A stretch of 64,000 bases of DNA from the NCBI GenBank assembly GCA_002269645.1, contig NIVC01001457.1:1-64000 (forward strand), in the 5' to 3' direction. Under the pieces are notes generated by a model that was not told the origin of the DNA, made no database searches, and saw only the letters and a list, made by a program, of their open reading frames with translations. The position numbers and the translations under genes were made by a program. Shown in pieces: positions 52,452 to 64,000 of the stretch; positions within the stretch are counted from its first letter, which is position 1; every line of letters starts with the position of its first letter. This DNA comes from Macrostomum lignano. Taxonomy: Eukaryota.

Positions 52452-52928
52452 GACTCAGCAACAGTCAAAAGTTCCATCCAAATGAACAGACTGAGCCGAT
52501 GCTGTTAGTTAACTGAAAAACAGCTACAGCTGCGCACTCTGGGTGGGCCTTCCCGATTCCCCAGACATGAATCCCATCGAGCATGTCTGCAGGGACTTCC
52601 TAAACCGCAGCATTCGAAAATAGAATCCACCACAGAATGTTGCGGAGCTACGTCATGCCATTGAAAACGCTTGGCAGCAGCTTCTCCAGGACGCCCCAGG
52701 GATGCCCCGCAGAGGGGATCCCACATGCGTTATTGCGATTCTAACTGCAAATTGCATAAAAAAATAAGTTCACAATGATTTTGTGCGACTGACGTTTACT
52801 ATTGATTCAATCAACTTCTCTTCTTATTTGCGTAACTTGAGGGTTGCATTGTGAGTGAGAAGTTGTCACAGTAGGTGCAAAAATTTTCATCTTGCTTGGA
52901 GGATAAAACTTTTGACTGTTGCTGAGTC
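52452..52928 (+). mobile_element. Internally deleted Tc1-like DNA transposon with a decayed transposase C-terminal fragment
   Basis: Perfect 22-bp TIR GACTCAGCAACAGTCAAAAGTT flanked by TA on both sides; internal frameshifted WPSRSPDMNPIEHV...PQNVAELRHAIENAW at about 52544-52690. Confidence 0.85.
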
Positions 52929-53686
52929 TATGTTGCGGAGTTGAACAGTGGCCAGAAACACTCGTGCGATCCACCATCGTGGCGCCATGTCGCCGACGGC
53001 GTTGCACCCGGGTGCCCGCAGTCATCCTTCGAACCTTAATGCTCAATTTTACATCGTCCAATGCCCACTTGACCTTGACCTGTACCGGCTGGCCAGGTGT
53101 AGTGATAAAACTCAAGATAAGCCCGAGCACCCCTGGCGGGAATCGGGTGGGCACCGGTTGTAAATCAAGTATTTATTCGAGCCGTTCGAGCTGCGACCCC
53201 CCCCCCCCACACACAAAAGAGTTATCTGATTTGCTTGCTTGCCGAGATTCTGCAGGCAACAGCTGAAATCTTGCGATTAAATTCCCAGATCCCCAGTTGC
53301 ACTTCCTGTCTGAGCTGCATGCTTTTGCTTTGACTTGAGTCCTGCTGTCATTTGTAGTGGCCAGTGCGGCTCATGTTGCAATGAGATTTCTTGGTCCACT
53401 TGATATCGAAAAAAGTTTATCAATCACGATATTGTGAAGTAATAATTTGGGCCCGTGAAAATCTTCGTAATTAGATAATCTCAAGTTGAAGATCTGACAC
53501 TTACTGACAATTGATGCCAGAGCGAAAATTTCGATTTTGTACCAATTTTTAATAAAAAATGATTGATAATGATGCATGACCAAAATTCGGAAGACTGAAG
53601 GACTAGAAAAGTAAGACAAGATGGGACACGCAAAATACAGATACTTAAGATACCATAAACATAAAGATGAGAAAGAAAGAAGACAA

Positions 53687-55160
53687 TACAGAGACACATC
53701 AGAGACACATCAGAGACACATCAGAGATACATCAGAGACACATCAGAGACACATCAGACACACATCAGAGACACATCAGAGACATACCAGAGACAAAACA
53801 GAGACACATCAGAGACACATCAGACACACATCAGAGACACATTAGAGACACATCAGAGACATCTCAGAGACAGATCAGAGACACATCAGACACACATCAG
53901 AGACACATCAGACACACATCAGAGACACATTAGAGACACATCAGAGACATCTCAGAGACAGATCAGAGACACATCAGACACACATCAGAGACACATTAGA
54001 GACACATCAGAGACATACCAGAGACAAAACAGAGACACATCAGAGACACATCAGACACACATCAGAGACACATTAGAGACACATCAGAGACATCTCATAG
54101 ACAGATCAGAGACACATCAGACACACATCAGAGACACATCAGAGACACATCAGAGACACATCAGAGACACATCAGAGACATACCAGAGACAAAACAGAGA
54201 CACATCAGAGACACATCAGACACACATCAGAGACACATTAGAGACACATCAGAGACATCTCAGAGACAGATCAGAGACACATCAGACACACATCAGAGAC
54301 ACATCAGACACATACCAGAGACAAAACAGAGACACATCAGACACACATCAGAGACATCTCAGAGACAGATCAGAGACAAATCAGACACACATCAGAGACA
54401 CATCAGAGACACATCAGACACACATCAGAGACACATTAGAGACACATCAGAGACATCTCATAGACAGATCAGAGACACATCAGACACACATCAGAGACAC
54501 ATCAGAGACACATCAGAGACACATCAGAGACACATCAGAGACATACCAGAGACAAAACAGAGACACATCAGAGACACATCAGACACACATCAGAGACACA
54601 TTAGAGACACATCAGAGACATCTCAGAGACAGATCAGAGACACATCAGACACACATCAGAGACACATCAGACACATACCAGAGACAAAACAGAGACACAT
54701 CAGACACACATCAGAGACATCTCAGAGACAGATCAGAGACACATCAGACACACATCAGAGACACATCAGAGACACATCAGACACACATCAGAGACACATT
54801 AGAGACACATCAGAGACATCTCATAGACAGATCAGAGACACATCAGACACACATCAGAGACACATCAGAGACACATCAGAGACACATCAGAGACACATCA
54901 GAGACATACCAGAGACAAAACAGAGACACATCAGAGACACATCAGACACACATCAGAGACACATTAGAGACACATCAGAGACATCTCAGAGACAGATCAG
55001 AGACACATCAGACACACATCAGAGACACATCAGACACATACCAGAGACAAAACAGAGACACATCAGACACACATCAGACACACATCAGAGACACATCAGA
55101 CACACATCAGAGACACATCAGACACACATCAGACACACATCAGAGACACATCAGAGACAG
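53687..55160. repeat. Minisatellite, 11-bp unit (agagacacatc) with 363-bp higher-order repeat
   Basis: Marker catctcatag at 54091, 54454 and 54817. Confidence 0.95.
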
Positions 55161-55757
55161 ACCAGAGGCAGGAACGAGGGCAGATGAAGGTCTTACGGGA
55201 AGATTTAGAGATCACAAGAGTGAAGCGATCGATACCGAAGACAGTGTTCTCAGATCACCCTATGCAGCTGAGAGAATGGTGCTAAGCCTATAGCTTGAAA
55301 AGGGCTGAAATTCTGCCACAAAGGACACTAAGAGACAGTCAGATTAAGAAGGTGGCGAGGAGCAGCGGGTATACTGGGATTTGGGAAGCAGCCGTTTCAT
55401 CTAGCAAAGGATTCGAATCCCCAGATCCATAGTGGCCACACCCTTGGCAAATACGCGGCTGAGGACCTGCCGACCTCCTAAGCCTGAGAGCTCCAATAGC
55501 GATTTTCGTCTAAAATATTTAATTTAGAAGCACAACCCACAGATGAAAAGAATTGAAAACAGATATACTGGCTTTGCATTTTTCTCTATTAAATTAGAAA
55601 TGCCCATTCACCTTAATGAAAGGGGAAATTTCGATTGCAGTTTAATGGGGAAAGAATGGGATTTAGCTGAGGCTAGGGAGCATCTCCACTTTTATTAATT
55701 TACTAGTCATGCTATATAAATATAGTATATACACCGGTACACACCGCATGCTATCAA

Positions 55758-55993
55758 CTGGCGCCATTATCTACCTGTACAAGTGGCGCCATTTTCTACC
55801 TCTAAGACTGGCGCCATTATCTAACCTGTATTTGAATGGCGCCATTATCTACCTATAATTGAATGGTGCCATTATCTATCTGCAATTAATTGACGCCATT
55901 ATCTACCTGTAATTGAATGGCGCCATTATCTACCTGTAATTGAATAGCGCCATTATCTACCTGTAATTGAATAGCGCCATTATCTACCTGTAA
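55758..55993. repeat. Minisatellite, ~27-bp unit (ggcgccattatctacctgtaattgaat)
   Basis: About 9 copies, diverged at the left end. Confidence 0.9.
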
Positions 55994-56591
55994 GAGAATT
56001 CTTCCTTTATTTCCCTAAGTACGTCAAAAAGCAGTTGCCCAGGGGAAGGAAAAAGGAAATTCGATTTCAACTTACAGTTTCGCTGCCAACGCAGAGCTGC
56101 AGGACTTTCCAATTAAATAAACAAAGTTCGCTCTGCCCTGTTAGCAGGCCGATCATTTCTGTCAGCAGTGAGCGGTGAGCTAATCTGTGACTAATTGAGT
56201 CACCTGACATTGCGAGCCATGCGCTCAAATCTGAAAGCTCTTTTTATTCCTGCTTAGCAAAGTGCTGGCAAATCCTGTTCTATGCTCGGTGGAAAGAAAG
56301 GGTTTTTTAATCCTCTTAGCCGTGCAGTAGGCGAACTTGAGGGGATTTTATTGGGCAGCCAATGGGAACTGAGCTGCCTCATTTTATTCCTCAGACCCAG
56401 GGCTAAAACATGCGCGGCGCTAGTGAAAACAGAACCTGCCTTCACAAACAATGAGACAATGAAAATTTCAATTTTACATTTGCATTGTCAGACAGACTGA
56501 CTGGGTGCATTTCTGCCGGCTGTGGAACAACTGCAGTGCCTAGGGATTAATGAATGCAAAGAATTAGTCCCTGTTCGACTAGGCTCTGTTC

Positions 56592-56940
56592 ATCCCATCC
56601 CTCAGATCCCTTTATTGCCATCCCTCAGATCCCTTCATTACCATCCCTCAGATCCCTTCATTCCCATCCCTCAGATCCCTTCATTACCATCCCTCAGATC
56701 CCTTCATTACCATCCCTCAGATCCCTTCATTACCATCCCTCAGATCCCTTCATTCCCTTCACTCAGCTCCCTTCATTCCCATCACTCAGCTCCCTTCATT
56801 CCCATCACTCAGCTCCCTTCATTCCCATCACTCAGCTCCCTTTATTCCCATCACTCAGCTCCCTTCATTCCCTTCACTCAGCTCCCTTCATTCCCATCAC
56901 TCAGCTCCCTTCATTCCCATCACTCAGCTCCCTTTATTAC
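56592..56940. repeat. Minisatellite, 23-bp unit with two subtypes
   Basis: atccctcagatcccttcattacc, then atcactcagctcccttcattccc. Confidence 0.92.
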
Positions 56941-57944
56941 TTCTCCTTGCTTCATTACTCTTCTTTCAAATCCCTTCTTCCCCAGCCCTCAGCCCCTTAC
57001 TTGCAATTCTGCAAAAAAAACTAAACATTTGCTTCCCAGATTCACCCGAGCAGCTTCATCAACTCGGGCTCGGTCGCGCGTGCGCAAGAAGTAATGATAA
57101 TTACTGAGACGGACCGATTTGTCCATATTCGATGCGCCCGCAGGTGCCACACACCGCGGCTCTAATTGCTATAATTATTGCAGAGCCGCCCAGCTAGAAG
57201 AAGACGCAGAAGGAAAACAGGCAGACTGAAAAGCAGAAAGAGGTACTTTCCTTGCTGCGCAGGTGGCAGCAGCCCGGTAATGCACTCGGAGCAGATGCGC
57301 TTAAGTGCGAGGCTTGTCATTTCGGCTGCCTTCGTCTCAACAAAACGAATAAGACATGGCAGGCGGAGCTCCCGATGTAAAAAGAAGAAGGAAAAGAAGA
57401 GAGGAAGAAGGGGGGAGGCTGAGTGAGTTTGCGAGGCAGACAGAAAGACAGACAGACAGACAGACAAGAGGCTGCACTTGATTGATGGAGCGCCATCTGC
57501 ATGGCGGTTACCGCCAGCATTTTCGCCGCAGCTGCTGGCTGAGCAGCCAGTCTTTATTACACGGGGAGGGGAAGCCCCGTACATACTGAGGATCCGCTGC
57601 GGCTGGGAGGAATCTCCCCAGTCCAGACAGACGGCGGGGGTCGGGAAGGGGCGGCTTCAGAAGAGAAAGCAGACTGGTTACAAAGAAGTCGCGGCAAGAC
57701 AGGAAAACCGACTGAAATTTACAGCCAGGGGTCACGCAAACCGGGAAGCAGCGAGAGCCGTAGAGTGGATACTGCGGCCTGTGCAGGAGGAATTAGGCCT
57801 GAAGAGGGAGTTAAAAGGCGAATTAGGACTCAAAAGCAGAATTGCCTACTCAAAGTTAGGCATGCAAATGAGACACGGTCAGCTGATGAACTCAAATTTG
57901 GATAGAGTTTAGGATCAAAGCAATAACGAAAGTGTTTATGAAGC

Positions 57945-58212
<268 letters not shown>

Positions 58213-58659
58213 ACACCTGGGCTCACACAGGTATGAATCGCTAATTGCCGCACTCCTATTTGGACAGGTGGATCCCCGCTGCTTGGATAAAAATAGCTCC
58301 TAGTCTTCACTAATGATAGGACGGACCAGTGCATAGAGAAGCTGACAAATGATGAGGTGAGCAGGGTTCTTTTCATCCGATATTATCTTGTCAGGGCTTC
58401 GAATTTGGGGTCTTCTGGGCATCGGGTGTCGCCAGACAGGTCAATAGCGTGTGTCTGGCTCGGTTTTCTTGTTCCAAATAGGCCTCTGTTATTGAACTAA
58501 TTATGTAGCTCGTAATCATTGATTCACTTTTTATCGGGTTATGCGTGATAAGGATTAGCGAATATTCTATTTTCGATCGATATACATCCAGGGCTTTAGG
58601 CATGGGACTGAGTGTCTTGGGGACATATGAGGGTCACTTTGAGATCATAAAAGGTCACG

Positions 58660-59046
58660 TGGAATCTTGTGGATCAGTTGGAATCTTGTGGATCACTTGG
58701 AATCTTGTGGACCAGTTGGAATCTTGTGGATCAGTTGGAATCTTGCGGATCAATTGGAATCTTGTGGATCAGTTGGAATCTTGTGGATCAGTTGGAATCT
58801 TGTGGACCATTTGTAATCTTGTGGACCACTTGGAATCTTGTGGATCACTTGGAATCTTGTGGACCAGTTGGAATCTTGTGGACCAGTTGGAATCTTGTGG
58901 ACCAGTTGGAATCTTGTGGATCACTTGGAATCTTGTGGACCAGTTGGAATCTTGTGGATCAGTTGGAATCTTGTGGATCACTTGGAATCTTGTGGACCAG
59001 TTGGAATCTTGTGGACCAGTTGGAATCTTGTGGACCAGTTGGAATC
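58660..59046. repeat. Minisatellite, 19-bp unit (ggaatcttgtggatcagtt)
   Basis: About 20 copies. Confidence 0.95.
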
Positions 59047-59384
59047 ATAATTATTGACTCGCGTCTATAACAATCGCTGTGGTACATTTTAGCACAAATA
59101 GTGAGGTTCTCTTGCCCTTCTAATACCCCCCCCCCCCCTATCCCTTTCATGCAGATTCCGCCGTCGGATGATAATAAAATGTCACAAAGAACCCTGGGCA
59201 ATCGCGCAGTCCTTTCATTTCAAACCAAGTTTTATACTCCGTGCACACTTCCGCACTTGGGTTCTTACCCGGGCCAGTTAAAAAGTAACTCAGCAATTTT
59301 CTTTGTCAACTCTCTGCACCAATGCAAAAGAATTTCTCTCATCAACAGCTTCATAAATACTTCTGCAGAGCTTGAAGTCTTTTT

Positions 59385-59912
<528 letters not shown>

Positions 59913-60548
59913 CTATCTATCTTGTCGGGGCTATATATCAGTGCCAGCAGCGTCACTTCCAGCCCCTCACCGGGCTACCCTCAGCAAAGTTTAGCTGCAA
60001 TTTGCTGTCCAATTCACCGCAATGATCCCCTAGAATTGTCATCGCGCCACCCCCAAGTCAGCACCGCAGTTCCAGTGGAGCGGGCAGTCCGATCCAGACG
60101 CCTCGCAGAGCGGCATATAAACTACGGCATCCCCAGGGGAGCAGATCTGTTTATTGCCAAGGCTAAGAAGGCCTTAGAAGTGCAACTCCTAGCTCGGAAA
60201 GCAGTGCGTCTAGTGTCATAAGTCGGTTGGGAAAAACTTCGATGCAAAGACCTGCATTGCTGGCACGGAGGCGAAATACCAAACACGACTTTTTTGCGAT
60301 TTTTTGAAATTCAATCTTTTGGGTAGAAGACAGATGGTGTCTCCGAGCGGCTGTGGAACGGGTAGCCTCGTGTCGGAATGCCATACTAGAGATATTGATC
60401 CGTGTTGAAGAAGTTAATGCAGCGATTTTCTAAGGTACGAGGGTAAATGATTGGGCTGAAATGCAACCAATCTGTGATGCTGAAACATGATGTGGTGCTT
60501 GAAACGTGTCTTGACAAACTTCGGCATTTCTATATACTAATTTTGCGC

Positions 60549-60585
<37 letters not shown>

Positions 60586-60662
60586 GCCTGCCTGTCTGTC
60601 TGTATAAATGATTTTTTTGAGAACGTCTGGCCGAGAAATAAAACTAATATGTATTGAAAACT

Positions 60663-60860
60663 TAACAAAACTGCAGAAAAAGCCGATATGTATCGAAAAA
60701 TATAAAACTGCAGAGGTAAAGCCGATATGTGTCGAAAACTAACAAAACTGCAGAAAAAAGCCGATATGTATCGAAAAACATAAAACTGCAGAGGTAAAGC
60801 CGATATGTATCGAAAACTAATAAAAATGCAGAAAAAAAGCCGATATGTATATAAAAAGAT
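60663..60860. repeat. ~38-bp tandem repeat alternating two subtypes
   Basis: aaaactgcagaaaaagccgatatg alternates with aaaactgcagaggtaaagccgatatg. Confidence 0.85.
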
Positions 60861-61249
60861 GAAACTGCCAAATGCGAGATGTATAGAATGAATACAGAAA
60901 ACCCTGCGATGAAAAATTCGATTTGGAAGTGCTGTATCAAATACTATGAATTTGAATGGCCCCTATAGGGGGCTTGGTGCGCTAGTTAGTCCTATTTTAG
61001 GTACAATTTATGTCCTAGCTAAAATATGTAATTTTGTCAACAGCTCCATGTAACGACTGGGCTGTGTTTAAATTAAAAAAATGAACTCGCAGAAAGTGCA
61101 ACTGACATTGCTTCAATTGAAACAGGTCGTACGCAGGAATGTGTGCCACCATTTCGAAGGCTTATATGCTCGGTATGCGATTTTAGGTGTCATTCCCTTT
61201 GAAAGATTCGCCTTTATTTGGGCTTATAACTTGAAGGCTGATTGTGAGA

Positions 61250-61500
61250 GTGGAGGGAGAGGGGAGAGAAGAGAGAAGAAAGGAGAGAAGAGAGATTAGA
61301 AACGGGTGAAGAGGGAAAAGAATGAGAGGAGAGATGAGAAAGAGAAGAGGAAAGAGAAGAGGGGATGGAAGAGAGGGGAAAGAAGATAGGGGGGAGAAGA
61401 AATTGGAGAGATGAGAGGGGAGAGAGAATAGAGGGGAGAGAAGAGAGGGGGAGAGAAGAGAAGGAAGCGATGAGAGGGGAAAGGAGAGGGAAGAGAGCGA
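61250..61500. repeat. Polypurine (GA-rich) tract
   Basis: Almost only G and A on the + strand. Confidence 0.9.
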
Positions 61501-63775
61501 TGGAGGAGTGCGCGGCGATAGGCTGAGAGATTGAGATTTTTTAGTTTGGAGGGAGGTGGGAGGTCTAAGCGGGATGGAGGATGGGGACTCGCACAGCAGG
61601 GAGGTAAGCAGCAGAATTCGGCAAACAGAAAACGGAGAGTGGAGCAGAGCTGAAGCACGGCTGCGCAGAAGATACTAGCAATACTCGTAAAAGCAGAGAT
61701 GGGTGAGCACGTGCCACAGAAATTTCTGTACCAGATGGCACCAGTTGGACAGCCTCATTTCCGAATTGATTCGAAAAAAGTCGCAATTTCCGTCCTCAAA
61801 GAAAATCGCAATCGATGACAGGTGGCTGATAAAATTCTCCCTCACACCATCTGCTCTCTGCCTTTGAAAGTCGTCGCCTTCAAGAAAATTTTAACATTTT
61901 CCAGCGTCTTTCATTGATTTATATTCGTACTACCACGAGTATTACAATAAATAATAATATTTTATTACACCTGTCCAACCGGCAGATGTGCAACCGACAG
62001 CTCAGCCGCAGCTATTGCACGGCGCATCTGAAGGCTGCGTACGGCTGTTCAGTCCAAGGACTGGGGGCCCGACCGGAAATAATTGTTCTTTAAATGCGCC
62101 AAATAGCACATAAAAAATGAATTGGGGGGAATCCCAAAATAACTGTCGAAACGACACGAAATTTGTGAGAATCGACAATTGGTGGCACAGCTTGGCACAA
62201 ATATAACTGTGCCAAGCTGTGCCAATTGGCACATGTGACACAATTAAGAATCAAATTTTTAATTGTGCACTGCTGTGCCACAACTGTGCCACAACTGTGC
62301 CAGTTGTCTCAGCTATTTTTGAGTGCTTATAATTGTGCACAACTGTGCCATAAATGTACCATTTGGCACCATACGAGTAAATGTGCAGCTAGAAGCAGTT
62401 AAACTAGCGCGTACTGTGCCATTTGGCGTAAATTCTCCAGACGAGTGAATTGCAGTTTAAAGCAGTTGAACTAAGCGCATAATGTGCTATCTGATGCTGT
62501 TACAGTTGACCCGTTAGTCAACTACGAGTTATGAAGTGTATGAAGTAGCTAACATTTTGCGAGAAGTCCTTCTCATGTTTAAATGAGGGAAGACAAATTG
62601 AAAAGAGTTGTCAATGTAAATTAAACTTTAAAATAATGTTGAGCGCGAACATAAACAGATTAAAACAGTTGGAAAAAGGGATGTTGCATAAATACGTATA
62701 TATTTAATGGGAAGTAGCAAATAGGACAAAAAACATGTATAAACCAGGAAAAAGGGGAGGCTGCGGAATTAAAAAATGCATACTAGAAGTTAACGGAAAG
62801 AAACATAACAGACAGCGGACATTGGACAGGAAACAAAAAACAACGTAATTAAAAAGCGCGGTGCATGAAAATTGTGGTGCCAGCCAAAGAGTTTACACTT
62901 CTAATACATTTGAAACTAAAACATGCAATGTAACAAATTAACTACTGAGTCGACTACACGTGGCACAGGATTTTAATGTAACAACATGTATACATCTAAT
63001 GTATTAATTTAAAAAGCACAAACAAACAACTAGATAAAAAACAAGCAATTAGTGAAACCAACTCCAATACCTCTGTTCCCCTATACTTTTCTAGTTAGAC
63101 AACAAGTCTGATTCCTGGTGCTATTGTAATTTACGAGTCTGGAACTAACTATAGTAATGTAGTTGGTTACTTTATGTGGGAAAGAGCATATTTCCAGGGG
63201 AAAACAAAACCAGAAACATGAGGGAGACAGACCAAGCTAGACGGGTCCCGCATCTGCCAAACAAGTTTAGTTTTGCTAGATGCAACAGCAGATATCCCGC
63301 GCTCAGTCCTCGCGAGTGCATTAGCCGCCTCCGACTGCACAGTGTCAGTGACATTGGCAGCCGCACCTTGACGAAGTTTCTTTACAGGCAAACGTCCGGA
63401 TTGCTTTTCACGCCGACTGACGGTGATGGAGCATCGGACGTAGGCCTTTTCAATCGCTTTCATTGGTTGGGATGTCGATTCCAGCCAGGTAGCAGGCGTG
63501 GCCGACCAGGCTCAGTAGCGCGACCGCTCAACGACGTTACCAAAATCTCGTCGTCGCTGAAGCACCCCGCACCATCTCGCGGAGAAGTGCATTGAGGTTG
63601 GCCGGAGTCGTTGGTTCTTGATATATCCTTACTGGCCGTGACCCTGGTCCGAGCGACGTTGGACGTAAAGGCGAAACCGATTGGCTGCAGAGGTGTTTTT
63701 TAAGGATTGAAGAGCGTTTGAGAGTAACAATAGGATATTTGCGCGATCATAAATGAAGGACTATTAATTTCTTAC

Positions 63776-64000
63776 CGTAGTATAATTTCTTTCCATTGTC
63801 GTCGACCAGCATGTTGTCAACTGTGACGGCTGGGTCCACGAGTTGATCTAGATGGACGGCGAGATGCTGCGTGATCTGCTGCTTTAGTTCTTTTGTAATG
63901 GCGTCAATCAAACGCGGTTGCGCCATTTTCGAGCGTCTGAGCAGATCATGCCGCAAGTTGGGAGTGAAAACCTGCCGGTCATCTGCCAAAATCGAAGCTA
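63776..64000 (-). CDS. Possible exon of an unidentified neighbouring gene, running in from the window edge
   Basis: Open frame to the edge (...RHDLLRRSKMAQPRLIDAITKELKQQITQHLAVHLDQLVDP...) ending at donor TAC G|gtaaga; no recognisable family. Confidence 0.35.

Noticed and set aside
52807-53266. Overlapping 70-115 aa ORFs on both strands
   Set aside because: They run across the right TIR of the Tc1 element and show no recognisable domain.
55409-55421. B-box-like ggattcgaatccc suggesting a tRNA or SINE
   Set aside because: No A-box at a suitable distance and no cloverleaf stems could be formed by eye.
60436-60465. TACGAGGG mariner-like terminus
   Set aside because: No matching inverted end or transposase remnant nearby
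63540-63686. GAGCFSDD resembling the start of a Hint/intein domain
   Set aside because: It lies in a frame that does not match the upstream donor phase, and no other Hint motifs follow.

Overview
Eukaryotic (animal) genomic DNA. The left 38 kb holds a nearly complete multi-exon L-type voltage-gated calcium channel alpha-1 gene (Cav1 family) on the minus strand. I traced about 35 coding exons by hand from an ATG at 37806 to a provisional stop at 129. Each has GT-AG boundaries and the reading phases match throughout. All four repeat domains are present, along with the EEEE selectivity filter (ITMEGWT, LTGEDWN, ATFEGWP, ATGEAWQ), AID, EF-hand, IQ and a long low-complexity C-terminus. The most striking feature is two pairs of tandem-duplicated, frame-enforced mutually exclusive exons. 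The first pair (14662-14879 vs 14444-14586) swaps the domain IV pore-to-S6 extracellular loop and the first half of IVS6. One version keeps the L-type dihydropyridine-site residues (FYM) and the other replaces them with a Cav2-like FIT. The second pair (21733-21839 vs 20845-20951) swaps IIIS3. Candidate microexons and cassette exons occur in the IVS3-S4 linker and the C-terminus. The right 26 kb, plus intron 1, is a dense field of unrelated micro- and minisatellites, some with higher-order structure. Small DNA-transposon derivatives (Tc1-like, hAT-like, foldback MITE) sit there and in the introns. A possible exon of another gene lies at the right edge. Low-complexity Q/A-rich exons and the satellite load suggest a free-living flatworm such as Macrostomum, but this is inference only. 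Most long ORFs above 35 kb in the supplied track are repeat artefacts. No rRNA, tRNA or CRISPR array was found.
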